Source: Eledone cirrhosa
Taxonomy: Eukaryota
Length of the DNA: 64,000 nt
Direction: 5' to 3'
Assembly: GCA_964016885.1 (NCBI GenBank)
Contig: OZ024750.1
Span: forward strand, 36,518,001 to 36,582,000
The position numbers and the translations under genes were made by a program. Below the pieces are notes generated by a model that worked only from the letters and a program-made list of their open reading frames with translations, searched no databases and was not told the DNA's origin. The first letter of the stretch is position 1. Each line of letters starts with the position of its first letter. Positions 11,000-24,459 of the stretch are shown here, piece by piece.

Positions 11000-11864
11000 T
11001 TCATGGAAAAGCACAGTTCATGTTTGCTATATTGTTGAATTATTTTAACTGGTCATTTTTGTCACTTTTACTTATCTCTCTCTCTCTCTCTTCTCTTTCT
11101 ACTTTCACTCCCCATCTACTTCTGTCTAAGCTCTCTATTCTCTCTTCCCACCTCTTCCTCTCTCTCTGAATTAAATACAAATTAAATACAAAGTGCTGTT
11201 TAGCCCCAAGAATACCAAGAGCCAAACAAAATTATATATCAGCTTCAATTTGATAAAGTGAAAATGTATCGTAATAGTCAAGGATCGCCCACTTTCAACA
11301 TTCCCTTTGATATCTGTTTGAAAGATTGTATGCGATCAAATTAGGTTATACATTTAATGAGTATTTCTATTCACTTTAAAAGAAGCTTATATGTTTAACG
11401 ACTGTACATTTAACGAACTATTATTTCAATAAAACAATATTTAAGTAGTTGAATTCTTTTAGATCAGCTAAACTATCGCAGTTTAAAATATTTACTTGTA
11501 ATGCTTACAAATTGTTGTTTAACAATTTCTGGTTTGACAAATGGATGACTTTGTTTTAATTAAGGTATTTTATTTTATGACCAACATTAATACGATTCTA
11601 TCACCATGGTAATAGATAGTGATTGGTTGAACAAAACTAGCCAGTTAAGGTTAAGTGGGGCTGGGGAGGATGGTGGTGGTGGGGGTAGATGATAATTGAT
11701 GTAGTGAGACGACATACATGTAGTGAGGAATACATCATTAGCTAAATTAGATGTGTGTATATGTGTTTGGTGGTGGTGGTGGGGAGATGCAAAATGGATT
11801 AAGATAGCAGCACATTCAGTCAAGGAATATGGATGTGGGATCTCAGTGCAAGTAATTATTCTGA

Positions 11865-12118
11865 GAATAACATGTAGCTATCCTAAGATTAACATGTAAC
11901 TATTCTAAAATCATCATGTAGATATTCTTTGATTAACATGTAGCTATTCTAAGATTAGCATGTAGCTATTCTAAGATTAGCATGAAGCTATTCTAAGATT
12001 AACATGTAGCTATACTAAAATTAACATGAAGCTATTCTATGGTAAACATTAAGCTATTCTAAGATTAACATGTATCTATTTGCAACTTAACATGTAGCTA
12101 TTCTATCATTAACATGTT
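11865..12118. repeat. 22-bp minisatellite (aacatgtagctattctaagatt), about 11 copies
   Basis: Tandem units visible directly. Confidence 0.9.
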
Positions 12119-12159
12119 ATCAGTGATTTAAATATATCTTTGTAGATGTATATATGGTA

Positions 12160-12490
12160 TAGTCCCGTAACTCCTGAGGGAGCCATGGGTTCTATCTTGA
12201 CATACAGCATTTCTAGGATATTTTAAAACTTGATGGAACCCATCTCCTCTCCAGGCCTGAATACAGCAGATTTCTTTCAGCGAAGGATAGAAAGTGAGAG
12301 AGTGGAAGTGAGAAAGAGATATAGAGGAAGAATCGGCCCCAGTACGAGACTGGTACTTTTTTTTTATCAATCTTGAATGTATGAAAGTCAAAGTTGACCT
12401 TGGTGGCATTTGAACTCAGAGAGACGAAGCGAATACCGCAAAACATTTTATCTGACATTCTAAAAACACTGCCAATTTACCGCATTCTTT
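12160..12490 (-). mobile_element. Older SINE related to family C (other copies ~16950-17255 -, ~41495-41650 +, ~55965-56205 +)
   Basis: Shares gagttcaaat...aggtcaactttg..tttcat...aagtaccag with family C but has a different 3' half. Confidence 0.7.
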
Positions 12491-13401
12491 GTAGATATGG
12501 TTAAATCACTCAAGAAACAATTCTTGTGAAGTTAAAAATCCTGAGGAAAGTTATGAATAGTAAGAATAAAGCTCTGCTTACTTAATAGTTACTAGTGTGG
12601 CTAGCCATAGGTCTTCATTCAGAGGTCTAAACTCAAGAACTCCATTATGTCCTGGGGAAGAGGCACAGCAGACCAAAAATGTGATAAGGGGTGGAGGCCA
12701 TCCACCAGTTATAATACTAATCTGCAATATAGCTGATAGGCTGCTATTTATTTTACTAATACACACAACATAATGAATGGGATATAGGAATTAATACAAT
12801 ATGTAGGGGGACAAATTTTTCATTTTAAATTTTCTGTTTCAAAGTTTCCTTAATTTCGTTTATCCTTTTTGTAAATTCCTATTTATTTTTTTTTTTCTAT
12901 TTTCTTTTTGATAAATTCTACCCAGGATCACTCCACACCTACTAATCATCACTGCACCTTCATATACCTATGACATACTTTCCCACTCTTTCTCTCCCCT
13001 CCTCCTCTGTCATCACATTATCATTCTCTTCCCACCTCTTGTCATTTACCTATGGTATACCTAACCTATTATCTTATTTACCTCCCCTACAAGCCAAACC
13101 CCACCGCCTCCTTAAGGTACAGAGGGCCCTTCTGTCAAGTCTATGACCAACGTCCTCCCTAGTGCTGAGCTACGATAAAACATGCTTGGTTCACTTTGTA
13201 AAGTGGTTTATAATTAGGAACAGCTTCCAGCCATAGAACCAAAGAAATTAGTGCTAATGCCAGGCAGATGTACCCAGTAGAACTTGTATTGTGGTTGATG
13301 ATAGGAACGGCATTCAACTGTAGAAATATTGCTAAATATGTTTAAAGAGGACTCTTCAATTCCCTCAAGGGCATGATAACCCTTCTGGTGTTGATCTACA
13401 C

Positions 13402-14005
13402 CAGTAGATCCAAACTATTTTTAGCTCATGGCTCACTTTGAACCCAGAATTATTCTGTCGCCCATGAAATTATTATAGTGTAAAAAATTACTTCCATTTT
13501 ACATAGAATATATCCAATAAAGATACAACTATGTCTATTTATTGGACAAACAATTTCACAAGCATCTAAAACAGTCATGGGCAGCCCGTGGCCTGCAAAA
13601 CTTTCTGAATGGCTCGCCTAAGTCACCTAAGTGAAATCTTTCTGATTTTTTTTACCTAAACTTTTCAGTCGTAATTTATCTTTCTATCATTTATACGACC
13701 GAGGAAAACAACATGTACGAATTCTGAAGAAACAAATCAAAACAACCTGAGTTACCGCCCCTTTTTTTATGTGGACATGAATGTAAATTAAGGCTTGCGA
13801 TCTGCCTGATGATGAGCCATACCTTATGCAGCCCACTTCTCGAAAAAGGTTGCCCATGCCTGATCTGAAATATTTCACATCTCCAATGAAACGACCATTT
13901 ATTATCAATATTTATTTTTACAATTTTTCCTATATAGTTTCTGTGGCCCACCTGAAATTTGCCATGACTCATTTTAACCATGTGGCCATAGGTTGGGAAA
14001 CACTA
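13402..14005. mobile_element. hAT-type non-autonomous element (outer)
   Basis: Degenerate TIRs cagtagatccaaact / ggttgggaaacacta; 8-bp TSD atctacac/atctacaa. Confidence 0.65.
13572..13862. mobile_element. hAT-type MITE nested in the previous element
   Basis: TIRs cagtcatgggcagcc / ggttgcccatgcctg; 8-bp TSD atctaaaa/atctgaaa. Confidence 0.7.
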
Positions 14006-14217
14006 ATCTACAAAAAAACACTAATCAAAAAAAATCATGACTACCTTCCCAGTGTTGATGCCATGATAGAATATATCCATTCAGCAGAGAGTGGGAACAT
14101 GTGTAAGCAAGATGCAAGCTTCAGTGCACGTGAAATGTCAATAGCTCTAATTGAGTACTGACTTGGTCTCTTACAACCTGTTCAACCCTCACAAGCAGTA
14201 TAAACATATTGAATGAT

Positions 14218-14403
14218 AATAATTGTTTCTACATTAGGCACAAGGCCAGCAATTACCCAGTACATTACTGGTACTTTATTTTATCGACCCCGTAAGGATG
14301 AAAGGCAAAGTTAACCTCGGCGGGATTTGAACTCAGAATGGCAAGGGCCGTAACTCTATGCATCAAAGCATGGCATCCGACCCTCTACCGATACTGCCAA
14401 TCC
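14218..14403 (-). mobile_element. tRNA-derived SINE, family C
   Basis: Reverse complement of the family C consensus. Confidence 0.9.
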
Positions 14404-14489
14404 ATATTGAATAATAATAATGTTGATGATGAACGTGATGATGATGATGATTAATATAGTGCTTCTATTCAGATAACAAAAATAGCAAA

Positions 14490-14845
14490 ACCAATAGCGG
14501 CCACAACCACAACAGTAGTGAAAACATACTGGTAATAGTTGTGGGGTTATCAACCTCAACGGCTGTAAAATATAGAAGTGGTAGTACTTGGAACCACAAC
14601 TACAACCCTAGTGTAAATATAGTGGTAGGAACTGCAACCACTACTACAACTACAGTAAAATACAGTGGTAGTAGTGGTGGGAACCACAACCACTACTACA
14701 ACTGTATTTTACTGTAGTTGTGGTTGTGGTTCCCACCACTGTATTTTACTGTAGTTGTGGTTGTGGTTCCCATCACTGTATTTAACTGTAGTTGTGGTTC
14801 CCACCACCACCACAGTAAAATACAATGGTAGTAGTGGTGGGAATA
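14490..14845. repeat. Degenerate minisatellite with an internally inverted block
   Basis: accacaac..cagtaaaatacagtggtagtagtggtgggaa units; ~14701-14806 is in reverse orientation. Confidence 0.8.
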
Positions 14846-14959
14846 GTTATAATCATAGAGTGTCTATTTTATCTTGTGATGGTTTAATATTTTTATTTGT
14901 GGGGCTGTGCTGAGAGGAGGGAATCTAGCCCTGAGATTGGGGCTGCACATCGTACAGAT

Positions 14960-16150
14960 TCGCACTGACTTGGCCACTATACTTGGAGGGATGAGATCAG
15001 TACTTTACCAGTGAGAAGAGGGTGCAAATGAGATGGGGCAGCAGAAATGTTGATAAAGCGCCCTCTGGGAACTCTGGGAGAGCTATCCACCGAGTTCGGC
15101 CTGGAATTGAGTATTGTTTTTGTACCCTCAGAGAAAAACAGAGCAGACATATTAACCAGGGTGAAGAAAGCCTGGCTGGAAGCGCCAGAGGACACGGAGA
15201 ATGGGATAGCTGCAGTGTGTCGGCTGAATGACTCGGAGTTGAGGGGAATGCATGCCATGCACCACATGTGTAGATAGGACCCTGTTCTTAGCCAGAAGAA
15301 TCAACTCCAATGTTAGCAGACAGAGTGTCCAGAGAGTGGTCGGAGGTTGCGACAGATGCCAGTCTATTGACTGACCCCGCCCGGGTGTCTACGAGACAGG
15401 CAGCATCCTGGAGGAGCACAACTGGAAGCGATTGGCGTTTGGACGAGGCACACTACCAACAAGGGATGTATCACTCGATGGTTGATTGTGGGCTGGGACG
15501 GATGGCGATATGGAGGGAATAGAAGACGGGGACTGCGGAGGAAATCGCGCAGATGCTGACAGAGATATTCTTGGAGCAGGGAATTATGGATGAAATGTGG
15601 ATGGACAACAGCACGGCGTTTCGCTCAGAGGAGCTGAGGGAAATGCTTGATTGACAAATGGAAGGTGAACCGCTTCTTCACAGCGGCATACAGGCTGAGC
15701 AGAAATGGGATTGTAGAGAGACACCATCGCACTATCAAGGGCATGGTGGAAAGGGGGCACATTTCGCCAATGGAAGCAGTGTCCTGGTACAACATGTCTC
15801 CTCGGGTGGGACAGACCGAGGATCGGGGCCGCACAGGGCAATATATAGATATGAATGGCGACACCCGTGCACGGTACCACAGCAGCTGGAGGAGAGAGAG
15901 AGCGCATTCGTGCGAGTGGGCAAGAGGTATGGGTCAAGCTCACAACCCCACCCCCCACCCCAACGCGAGTTGCACATCAATGGGGAAAGGGAACAGTAAC
16001 GGGCGTAAATTCCCAAAACAACGTGTCTGTGGACGGAATGCCACGGCATGTCTTGGACATCCATAGAGTCGTTGTGGTGACGGACTCCGAGGAAGAGGAA
16101 AGCAAATGCTCCACCCCAACAGTGCGGCGATCGCAACGGAGCCACTGACC
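14960..16150 (+). pseudogene. Ty3/Gypsy-like pol remnant (RNase H end plus integrase), frameshifted
   Basis: FVPSEKNRADILTR, HAMHH..C..C zinc-finger remnants, DNSTAFRS, AAYRLSRNGIVERHHRTIK. Confidence 0.85.
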
Positions 16151-16229
16151 ACCCAGGTAGATGGCGGATTTTGAAATGGAGCAATGTGATGGGGGGGGGT
16201 TGATCCTTGAGATCGGGGCGGGGGGGGGC

Positions 16230-16509
16230 TGCCGTGGGAGCGGGATTGCCGGAAGTTGGGGGGACGCATGACCGGAAACAGGAGACGTGACATGGCACGA
16301 GGGACCAGGCAACTCGCAGTTGGCGACATGAGGAGACGTGTTGGAGGTACCCCCACGTGGAGAGTGGAAAGACTCTCGCCAAAGTGATTCGAAGGTGCAA
16401 GGTAAGTCCGAATGCTTCCGGCTACATTATTCATCGAAGATTTAGTATTCATCAAATTGCTTGAAAGGTCAAACATATCAAATATAAGAGAAAGACATTC
16501 ATCATGGCA
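16230..16509 (+). mobile_element. Probable 3' LTR of the Gypsy remnant
   Basis: G-rich polypurine tract immediately before TG; short terminal inverted repeats tgccgtg / catggca. Confidence 0.6.
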
Positions 16510-17687
16510 ACTTTTCATTAATTTCTCAGAATTGATTTTGAAAATAAGTTTACATTTTTTTCTAAAAGAAAACAAAAACAAATAAACACTATTAGTAGAT
16601 ACAAGACACAGTCTTACTGTGTTCAGCTAAAAAATAGAATATTGAGAGAAATCCTATTTACAAAATTATCAGTGTGATAACTAATTCAAAGAAATTAATT
16701 TATATTTGCAACAGTTGTCTATATTTCTGTGTTGTAAAACAAAATAAATTAGTGGAAATAATGAAACAAATGGGCTGGCTTAAATAAATAAAAAATGTAT
16801 TGTTTAAACCCAGTGTCAGTCATGACTAAGTACATATTTGATTAAAGGATTAAAGCTGTTCTAATTATGATTATCCCATTTTTTGTTGTTTTTTTGTTTT
16901 ACTTGAAGTGAAGTACAACTAAAACCATCAAACGTATGGTATAGTAAGTTATGGTACTGTAACTTCTAATGGAGTCATAGGGGTGCCATATTGATGTACG
17001 GTTTACTTTGGGCATTTTAAATCCTGGTGGAGCAAATCTCTCCCCAGGCCTGTGAACAGCAGATCTCTTCCAGAGAAGGATAGAAAGGGAGAAAGAGATA
17101 TAGAGGAAGGATCGACCCAGTACTAGACTGGTACATTTTTATCAATCTTGAAAGGATGAAATGCAAAGTTGATGTTGGCAGGATTTGAACTCATACAGCA
17201 AAGAACCAGAATGAATACCTCAGAGTATTCTATCCAATGTTTTAACAACTCTGCCAAATTCACTGATCAAATGTATACCTTGTTAAAATAGTAGGGTGTG
17301 ATTAGAAGTAAATTTGGCTGTTATTAGCAGGTTAAACATCTATATAAAGACTCCATTGTTTATTCAAAGTACTAGTAATATACTGCATTACAATCAATTT
17401 ACTTTACTCTTCTCCAGCAAATATTGACCTTACTACAAGTACATAGACAAGTCCATACGACAAAATAAGAATCTCATGATTGCTATTGTTAATAGCTCAA
17501 TACACTGAAATCTGTACAATATATATAGTTCAATACTTTACAGTTCAAAGTTCAGCATCTGTTGTTTAAAATTTACCGTTCATGCTTCTACAATAAATGA
17601 AATAGGTATTATTAATGCAGTGTGTGTATTTAACTCTGTGTGTGTGAGAGAGGGAGAGAGAGATCTGTATTTATTGCTCACTGAAGG

Positions 17688-18000
17688 CAGAGGTTCTCAA
17701 ACTTTTGGGTCACTGCCCTCTCACAGCCAGGTAATACCCTCAATGCCCCTCAGTCCTATTTCTAGAGAGACCTGCCTACCCGAAAGTTGTAAATAATATA
17801 TAATAAATTAAATTGTTAATTTATATATAATAAATAATATAATACATAGTATGTATAAATAAATATTATATATTTTTTTTTATTTTACTATATATAATGT
17901 ATCATTTGATATTTAGTATACTATTATATCATTGTACCCCTATAGTCCCCAGTGCTCCCCCCCCCCCCACGGGTGGTAGCGCCCACTTTGAGAACTTCTG
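17688..18000. mobile_element. hAT MITE, family M2
   Basis: TIRs cagaggttctcaaa / tttgagaacttctg; homologous to 19236-19760 and 55111-55422. Confidence 0.85.
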
Positions 18001-18019
18001 GTTTAAGGGTTAATCCACT

Positions 18020-18150
18020 TCATGGTCCTTGGTGAACAAAATTTAGAGGACATTGTTCTGGAGGATGGTGAGGGTGATGTACTGGAACAGGCACTCCAGC
18101 TCATGGGGTTCACAGTTGCAGGTAGCCAACTTCCCCCTGAAAGCAAACTT
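18020..18150 (-). pseudogene. CRE-clade LINE C-terminal fragment
   Basis: KLATCNCEPHELECLFQYITLTILQNNVL, homologous to the 21404-21592 translation. Confidence 0.6.
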
Positions 18151-18389
18151 TATCATCTTTAAAACATTTGTTTGAATTTTTATGTTTAAAACGTTAGAAA
18201 ACTTGATTTGTAAAAAAAACATTTCAAATTCCATTGTTATTCAAATTCCATTCTTATAAGTGTAAAGATTCTTCAATTTTTATTTTTAGTTTTAAAATTG
18301 ACAGAAATATATTCAGCCTCCTCATCTTATGTTTATAGGTTGTATCTATAAACAAATCTATTATGTTGGAGGTTGTATCTTGAAAACAC

Positions 18390-18520
18390 ACCCGCCATGC
18401 TGTTCTCAATGAGCTCATAAAGCATGGCTTGGATGCTGCAGGCTTCCCCTCCCAGCTAGGGCTGGACCGAAGGGACAGCAAAAGGCCAGACGGGATGACC
18501 ATCTTCCCGTTCAGGACAGT
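18390..18520 (+). pseudogene. CRE-clade LINE restriction-like endonuclease fragment
   Basis: Plus-strand translation RHAVLNELIKHGLDAAGFPSQLGLDRRDSKRPDGMTIFPFR matches the ~26170-26300 region. Confidence 0.75.
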
Positions 18521-19235
18521 GAGAATTTGGTTCTTTTGTGTTCGGACCTGGTGTATATGTATGTGTAAAACATGGACACACTCATTTTTAAATGTCGCAG
18601 AGTGAATTTTAACATGTCTGTTACGTAAACTGCTATCCAATACTAATTCCTGTAAGCATATTTATGAAAGATGTAAACATTTATCATACAATGTATATTT
18701 TGACAAATCTGGTAACCCAGGTATGACAACTTCAAGTATTGCTGCTTTTTTCTCCTCCATTGTGTTGAGTTTTTTTTTGTTTTCATATTTAAATTCATTT
18801 TAGGAGAATCAAGTTTTGATAATGCAATTTCATTAAAGTGTAAAGAGAATTATTAATGCCACAATGGTTTGAAGCTCTGTTTGAAATAGCAAAACAGCTT
18901 TTACTATTAATGCCCACATCACTCAAGAACCTTTTCACCGCTTAATAAAACACTTTAGCAGACATTTTGTGACAGGAATTAACCCTAAAAATTGTGCCAT
19001 TACAATTTTGTCATTTATTGCAATGTATAACACATACACAGCTGCTTTTCAGAAGCAATGTTACACGACTTAATCGAAATCAAGGTGAACCAATTTTAAC
19101 CTAGATTTTTAATTTATTCTTGCAGTAAAGATAGAGAAATTTTATAAGTGTTGTGTGTATTTTTGTTCTATGTAGTTTGAAAACGAACTGTAATTGATGC
19201 TGGAGCAATTTATTTATTAACCGATTCCCTTAAAT

Positions 19236-19760
19236 CAAAGGTTCTCAAACTGTTTGCCCCCAGAGAGACCTGCCTACACGTAAATTGTAAATAATATATA
19301 ATAAATAAAATCGTTAATTTATATCATCATCATCACTTAACGTCCATCTTCCACGCTACCAGGGGTTAATAAATATAATATATACTACGTATAAATAAAT
19401 ATCTTATATTTTTTATTTTACTATATTTATATATATTTGTATATCATTTGATATTTAATGCAGGTAAAATTCCATTATAACGAATTTTTCAATATAACAA
19501 CATTTTTTCAACCCCAGCCACACACTTGATGTGTTAGATCAATCTCATTATAAAGAATTTTTCATTACAACAAATTTTTTTTTTTATACCCCGTGAATTT
19601 CATTATAATGGAATTTCACTGTATACTATTATATACTGAATATATACTATTATCTACTGCCCCCTTAGGTCCCAGTGCTCTCTGGACCTTCTCAACGCCC
19701 CCCCCCCCCCCATCCCAGGAGGGGGGGGGGGGCAGTAGGTCCCACTTTTAAGAACCGCTG
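19236..19760. mobile_element. hAT MITE, family M2, with nested insertions
   Basis: TIRs caaaggttctcaaa / tttaagaaccgctg; TSD ccttaaat/cctcaaat. Confidence 0.85.
19461..19621. mobile_element. Tc1/pogo-type MITE nested at a TA site
   Basis: TIRs caggtaaaattccattataacgaa / ttcattataatggaatttcactg; the empty site is visible in the sister copy near 17915. Confidence 0.75.
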
Positions 19761-20119
19761 CCTCAAATGGTTGACATTCAGAAGACTTGCTTGACAAGCA
19801 ACAAATACTGTTGACTGTGTAGTTCTAGTCGTGTTATTTTGGTAATTGATGATTAGTTTCAAATGTGAGCCCTTATTACATGATTAAGTGTGTAAAACAT
19901 AGGGAAGAGGATATTATGAGTGTGAGTAAGACAGAGAGAGAAGAATTTAAGTGAGTGTGTGAGTGCAGGTAAGAGATAGAGAGAAGAATACTACACGTGT
20001 GAGTGTAACTAAGAGTTAAATCAAGTAAAATATTGTGTGTATGTGTGAGTGTAGGAGAGGAGAATATTATGAGTGCAAGAGTGAGTGAGAAACAGAGAAC
20101 ACTACATCTATGAGTGCAA

Positions 20120-20707
20120 GTGAGAGTTAGAGCAGAATATTGTGAGTATGAGTGAGAGTTAGAGTAGAATATTGTGAGTATGAGTGTGAGTTAGAGTTAG
20201 AGCAGAATATTGTGAGTATGAGTAAGAGTTAGGGCAGAATATTGTGAGTGTGAGTAAGAGTTAAAGCAGAATATTGTGAGTATGAGTAAGAGTAAGAGTT
20301 AAAGCAGAATATTGTGAGTATGAGTGTGAGTAAGAGTTAGAGCAGAATATTGTGAGTATGAGTATGAGTTAGAGTTAGAGCAGAATATTGTGAGTATGAG
20401 TGTGAGTAAGAGTTAAAGCAGAATATTGTGAGTATGAGTAAGAGTTAGAGCAGAATATTGTGAGTATGAGTGTGAGTAAGAGTTAAAGCAGAATATTGTG
20501 AGTATGAGTAAGAGTTAAAGCAGAATATTGTGAGTATGAGTGTGAGTTAGAGTTAAAGCAGAATATTGTGAGTATGAGTAAGAGTTAGAGTTAAAGCAGA
20601 ATATTGTGAGTATGAGTAAGAGTTAAAGCAGAATATTGTGAGTATGAGTATGAGTAAGAGTTAGAGCAGAATATTGTGAGTATGAGTGTGAGTTAAAGCA
20701 GAATATT
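20120..20707. repeat. 30-42 bp minisatellite (agtta(a/g)agcagaatattgtgagtatgagt..)
   Basis: About 16 tandem units built from variable hexamers. Confidence 0.95.
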
Positions 20708-21072
20708 CATATGAACAGATTTCTCTTATTTCACACATAAAAACAGATTTGTTATAATCTTCCTGTCATAAGTATTCTATGTATCTTTAACCCTTTAACA
20801 TTTAAACCAGCTGTATCCGGCTGGTTTAAACAGAGATAAACAAAAATAGTTGTTGAGAAAGTCAAAGGATGTGGGATGAAAGAAATCTGAGAAATAAATA
20901 TTCGAGGAATGGGTTAGGGTTAGGGTTAATACTAAAAGCTAAAGTGAAACTCAACAGGCGCATGTGTTTTTATTGGCAGCATGACCCTTCCAAAGCAAAA
21001 CTATATGTATGTGCCTAAGTTTATATCCTGTATACATTTCTAAAATCATATATTATGACTTCTCCACATTAA

Positions 21073-21403
21073 CCCTTTAGCATTTAAACTGGTCACAACC
21101 AGTCAGAATTCACTCAGCTCTTTGCTGTTCAAACTAGCTGTAACCGGCCACTCATACCGATGTTAAGGTATTGTTCTCAAATTAAATAACATCAAAAACT
21201 CGTATATTCGATATTATGTATTTTCACAGTAAATTCTTTACTTCATATAATTATCTCACATAATATCGAATCTACGAGATTTTGATATTAGTTATTTTGA
21301 AAACAATATCTTAACATCAGTATGAGCGGCCGGTTACAACTGGGTTGAACAGAAGGAGGTGAGAAAATTCTGGCCAGATATGGCCAGTTTAAATGCTAAA
21401 GGG
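21073..21403. mobile_element. piggyBac-type MITE, family M1
   Basis: TTAA-ccctttagcatttaaactgg...ccagtttaaatgctaaaggg-TTAA. Confidence 0.85.
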
Positions 21404-21409
21404 TTAATA

Positions 21410-21605
21410 TGTGATCCACCTCATGGTCCCAACCAAAAGGATGGAGAAGATATTACCCCGGAAGATGGTGAGAGAGACATGCTTGAATAACCACTCCATC
21501 TTGCAGGGCTTGCACTTGCAGGCAGCCAACTCCTCTCCAATAATAGTGAGCAGGGATGTGACTTGGGGACCAAGAATGCCGGAACTCTCCACTGCTACAG
21601 GCTCA
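21410..21605 (-). pseudogene. CRE-clade LINE C-terminal fragment
   Basis: ESSGILGPQ...WLFKHVSLTIFRGNIFSIL. Confidence 0.7.
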
Positions 21606-22421
21606 ACTAGAAACTTATCAGAAAACAGCCAATACTTTGAAAGTTTTCTCCAGCAAAGACTGGACTGGTAGCTGAGTGCACCAGCTTGCTGCTAGAGTTT
21701 AAATGAAGATAAACTTGGAATAATGCAGCTAAGATTGGAGTTAAATGATCATAAAGTTGAAATACAAAGTAATAAAAAACAGAACAACAAAATAAAGATG
21801 ATATTATTATCAATGCTAACCACAGCAAATGATAAAAATAGATGTAAAACCTTTGTTTGTGATGAAAGAGGGGGTAGCGGTAGCAATAATGGTAGTTAGT
21901 GGTGATAATAATGGTGAGATATTTTTTAGAAATGGCTCAGATAACCCTTTCATGAAAATTGATTGCCATGTATCAAATATACCATTATATCAGCTTCACA
22001 ATTCTTCTTGATTGCTTTACCAATGTAATCATGCCTGTACATAGAATATTAATTGATTTAGGCTCAATGGAGATAATGATTTTTTTTTTAAATCGATTTT
22101 TCTGTATGTTGTGCATGAGAAAAATGAACCTCTCAAGTTACAAATGAACCATCCCAGAATAGATGCAGAAATTAGAAATATCAAGAATTGAATATCATCA
22201 GAGATTTTAGTGCTGCCACAAGGAATGGTTGCATATTTAATTGCAATTTCAATAGACAGGCAACAGAGAGATGAAAATGAAATTGGACTTGTATGGTTAT
22301 GCAGCTTATCAAAGTAAAAGCCAGCAAATTTCCATTCCTGATGTCATTAATTAAAATCAAACAGCAATATATTGTATAAGAGGATGTGATATCTCATTCT
22401 AAAGACTGATGTATGAGTATG

Positions 22422-22426
<5 letters not shown>

Positions 22427-22481
<55 letters not shown>

Positions 22482-22574
22482 GTATATATATATATATGTA
22501 TATATATGTATATATATGTATATGTATATATATATGTATATATATATGTATATATATATGTATATATGTATATA

Positions 22575-22613
<39 letters not shown>
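22427..22613. repeat. (TA)n microsatellite
   Basis: Seen directly. Confidence 0.98.
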
Positions 22614-23625
<1,012 letters not shown>

Positions 23626-23712
23626 ATATATATATACACATACACACACACACGTATATTCATAAGAATGATGAAGTTTCATTTACATGTATTTAGATTC
23701 ATATTGTGTAGT

Positions 23713-23808
23713 GACCTATTACACGTGTTTCACAGAGGATTGGCTCAGGGCACCCATATTAATTATGGATCCAACTCCATTATCGATCTGCTCTTCAGAC
23801 TAGTGATC
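23713..23808 (-). ncRNA. Hammerhead ribozyme with extended stem II
   Basis: Minus strand: ctagt-CTGAAGA-gcaga...(~50 nt, includes atccata/tatgggt hairpin)...tctgt-GAAAC-acgt-GTA-atag. Confidence 0.75.
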
Positions 23809-24094
23809 CGACAATATATATATATATATATATATATAACATAACAGAGTGTTTATTTGAAGCATTGTTGAATAGGAAATATAAATTTAAATAATTTTAA
23901 AAAGTCATACAATGCTTTAGAAAATTTAAAAGTGCCAAGATAACAATAGAATCTTACCTTAGCAAATTTAATAATCCCAAATATTTGGGGGTTTAAAAAC
24001 CCATTATCAAGGAAGTATCTCTGTGAAGGTCTTAAAGACACCTTTAATTTTCTAATGCATTGTGTGACTTTTAAAATTATTTAAATTTATATTT

Positions 24095-24444
24095 CATCAT
24101 CATCAACATCATCATTTCATTTTACGTCCGCTTTTCCCTGCTTGCAAGGGTGGGACGGGAACTGATTCTGGCATGATTTCTACAGCTGGATGCCCTTCCT
24201 AACACCAACCTCATTTACAGTGAGTGCTGGGTGCTTTTTTGTGCCATGGCACCTACACAACCACTTTGCAGTGGAATGATAGGGACCCCAGTCCCTATCA
24301 TCTCATTTCTACAGCTGAGTAAACTGGAGCAATGTGAAATAAAGTTTCTTGCTCAAGGAAACAACACATCACCCGGTCTGAGAATTGAACTCACAACCTT
24401 TCGATTGCAAGGTCAATGCTCTAACCACTAAGCCATGTGCCTCC
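24095..24444 (-). mobile_element. SINE family A, full length
   Basis: Reverse complement of 23282-23625. Confidence 0.92.
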
Positions 24445-24459
24445 ATATATATATATATA

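Noticed and set aside
15584-16581. Several long minus-strand ORFs
   Set aside because: Antisense shadows of the GC-rich Gypsy remnant
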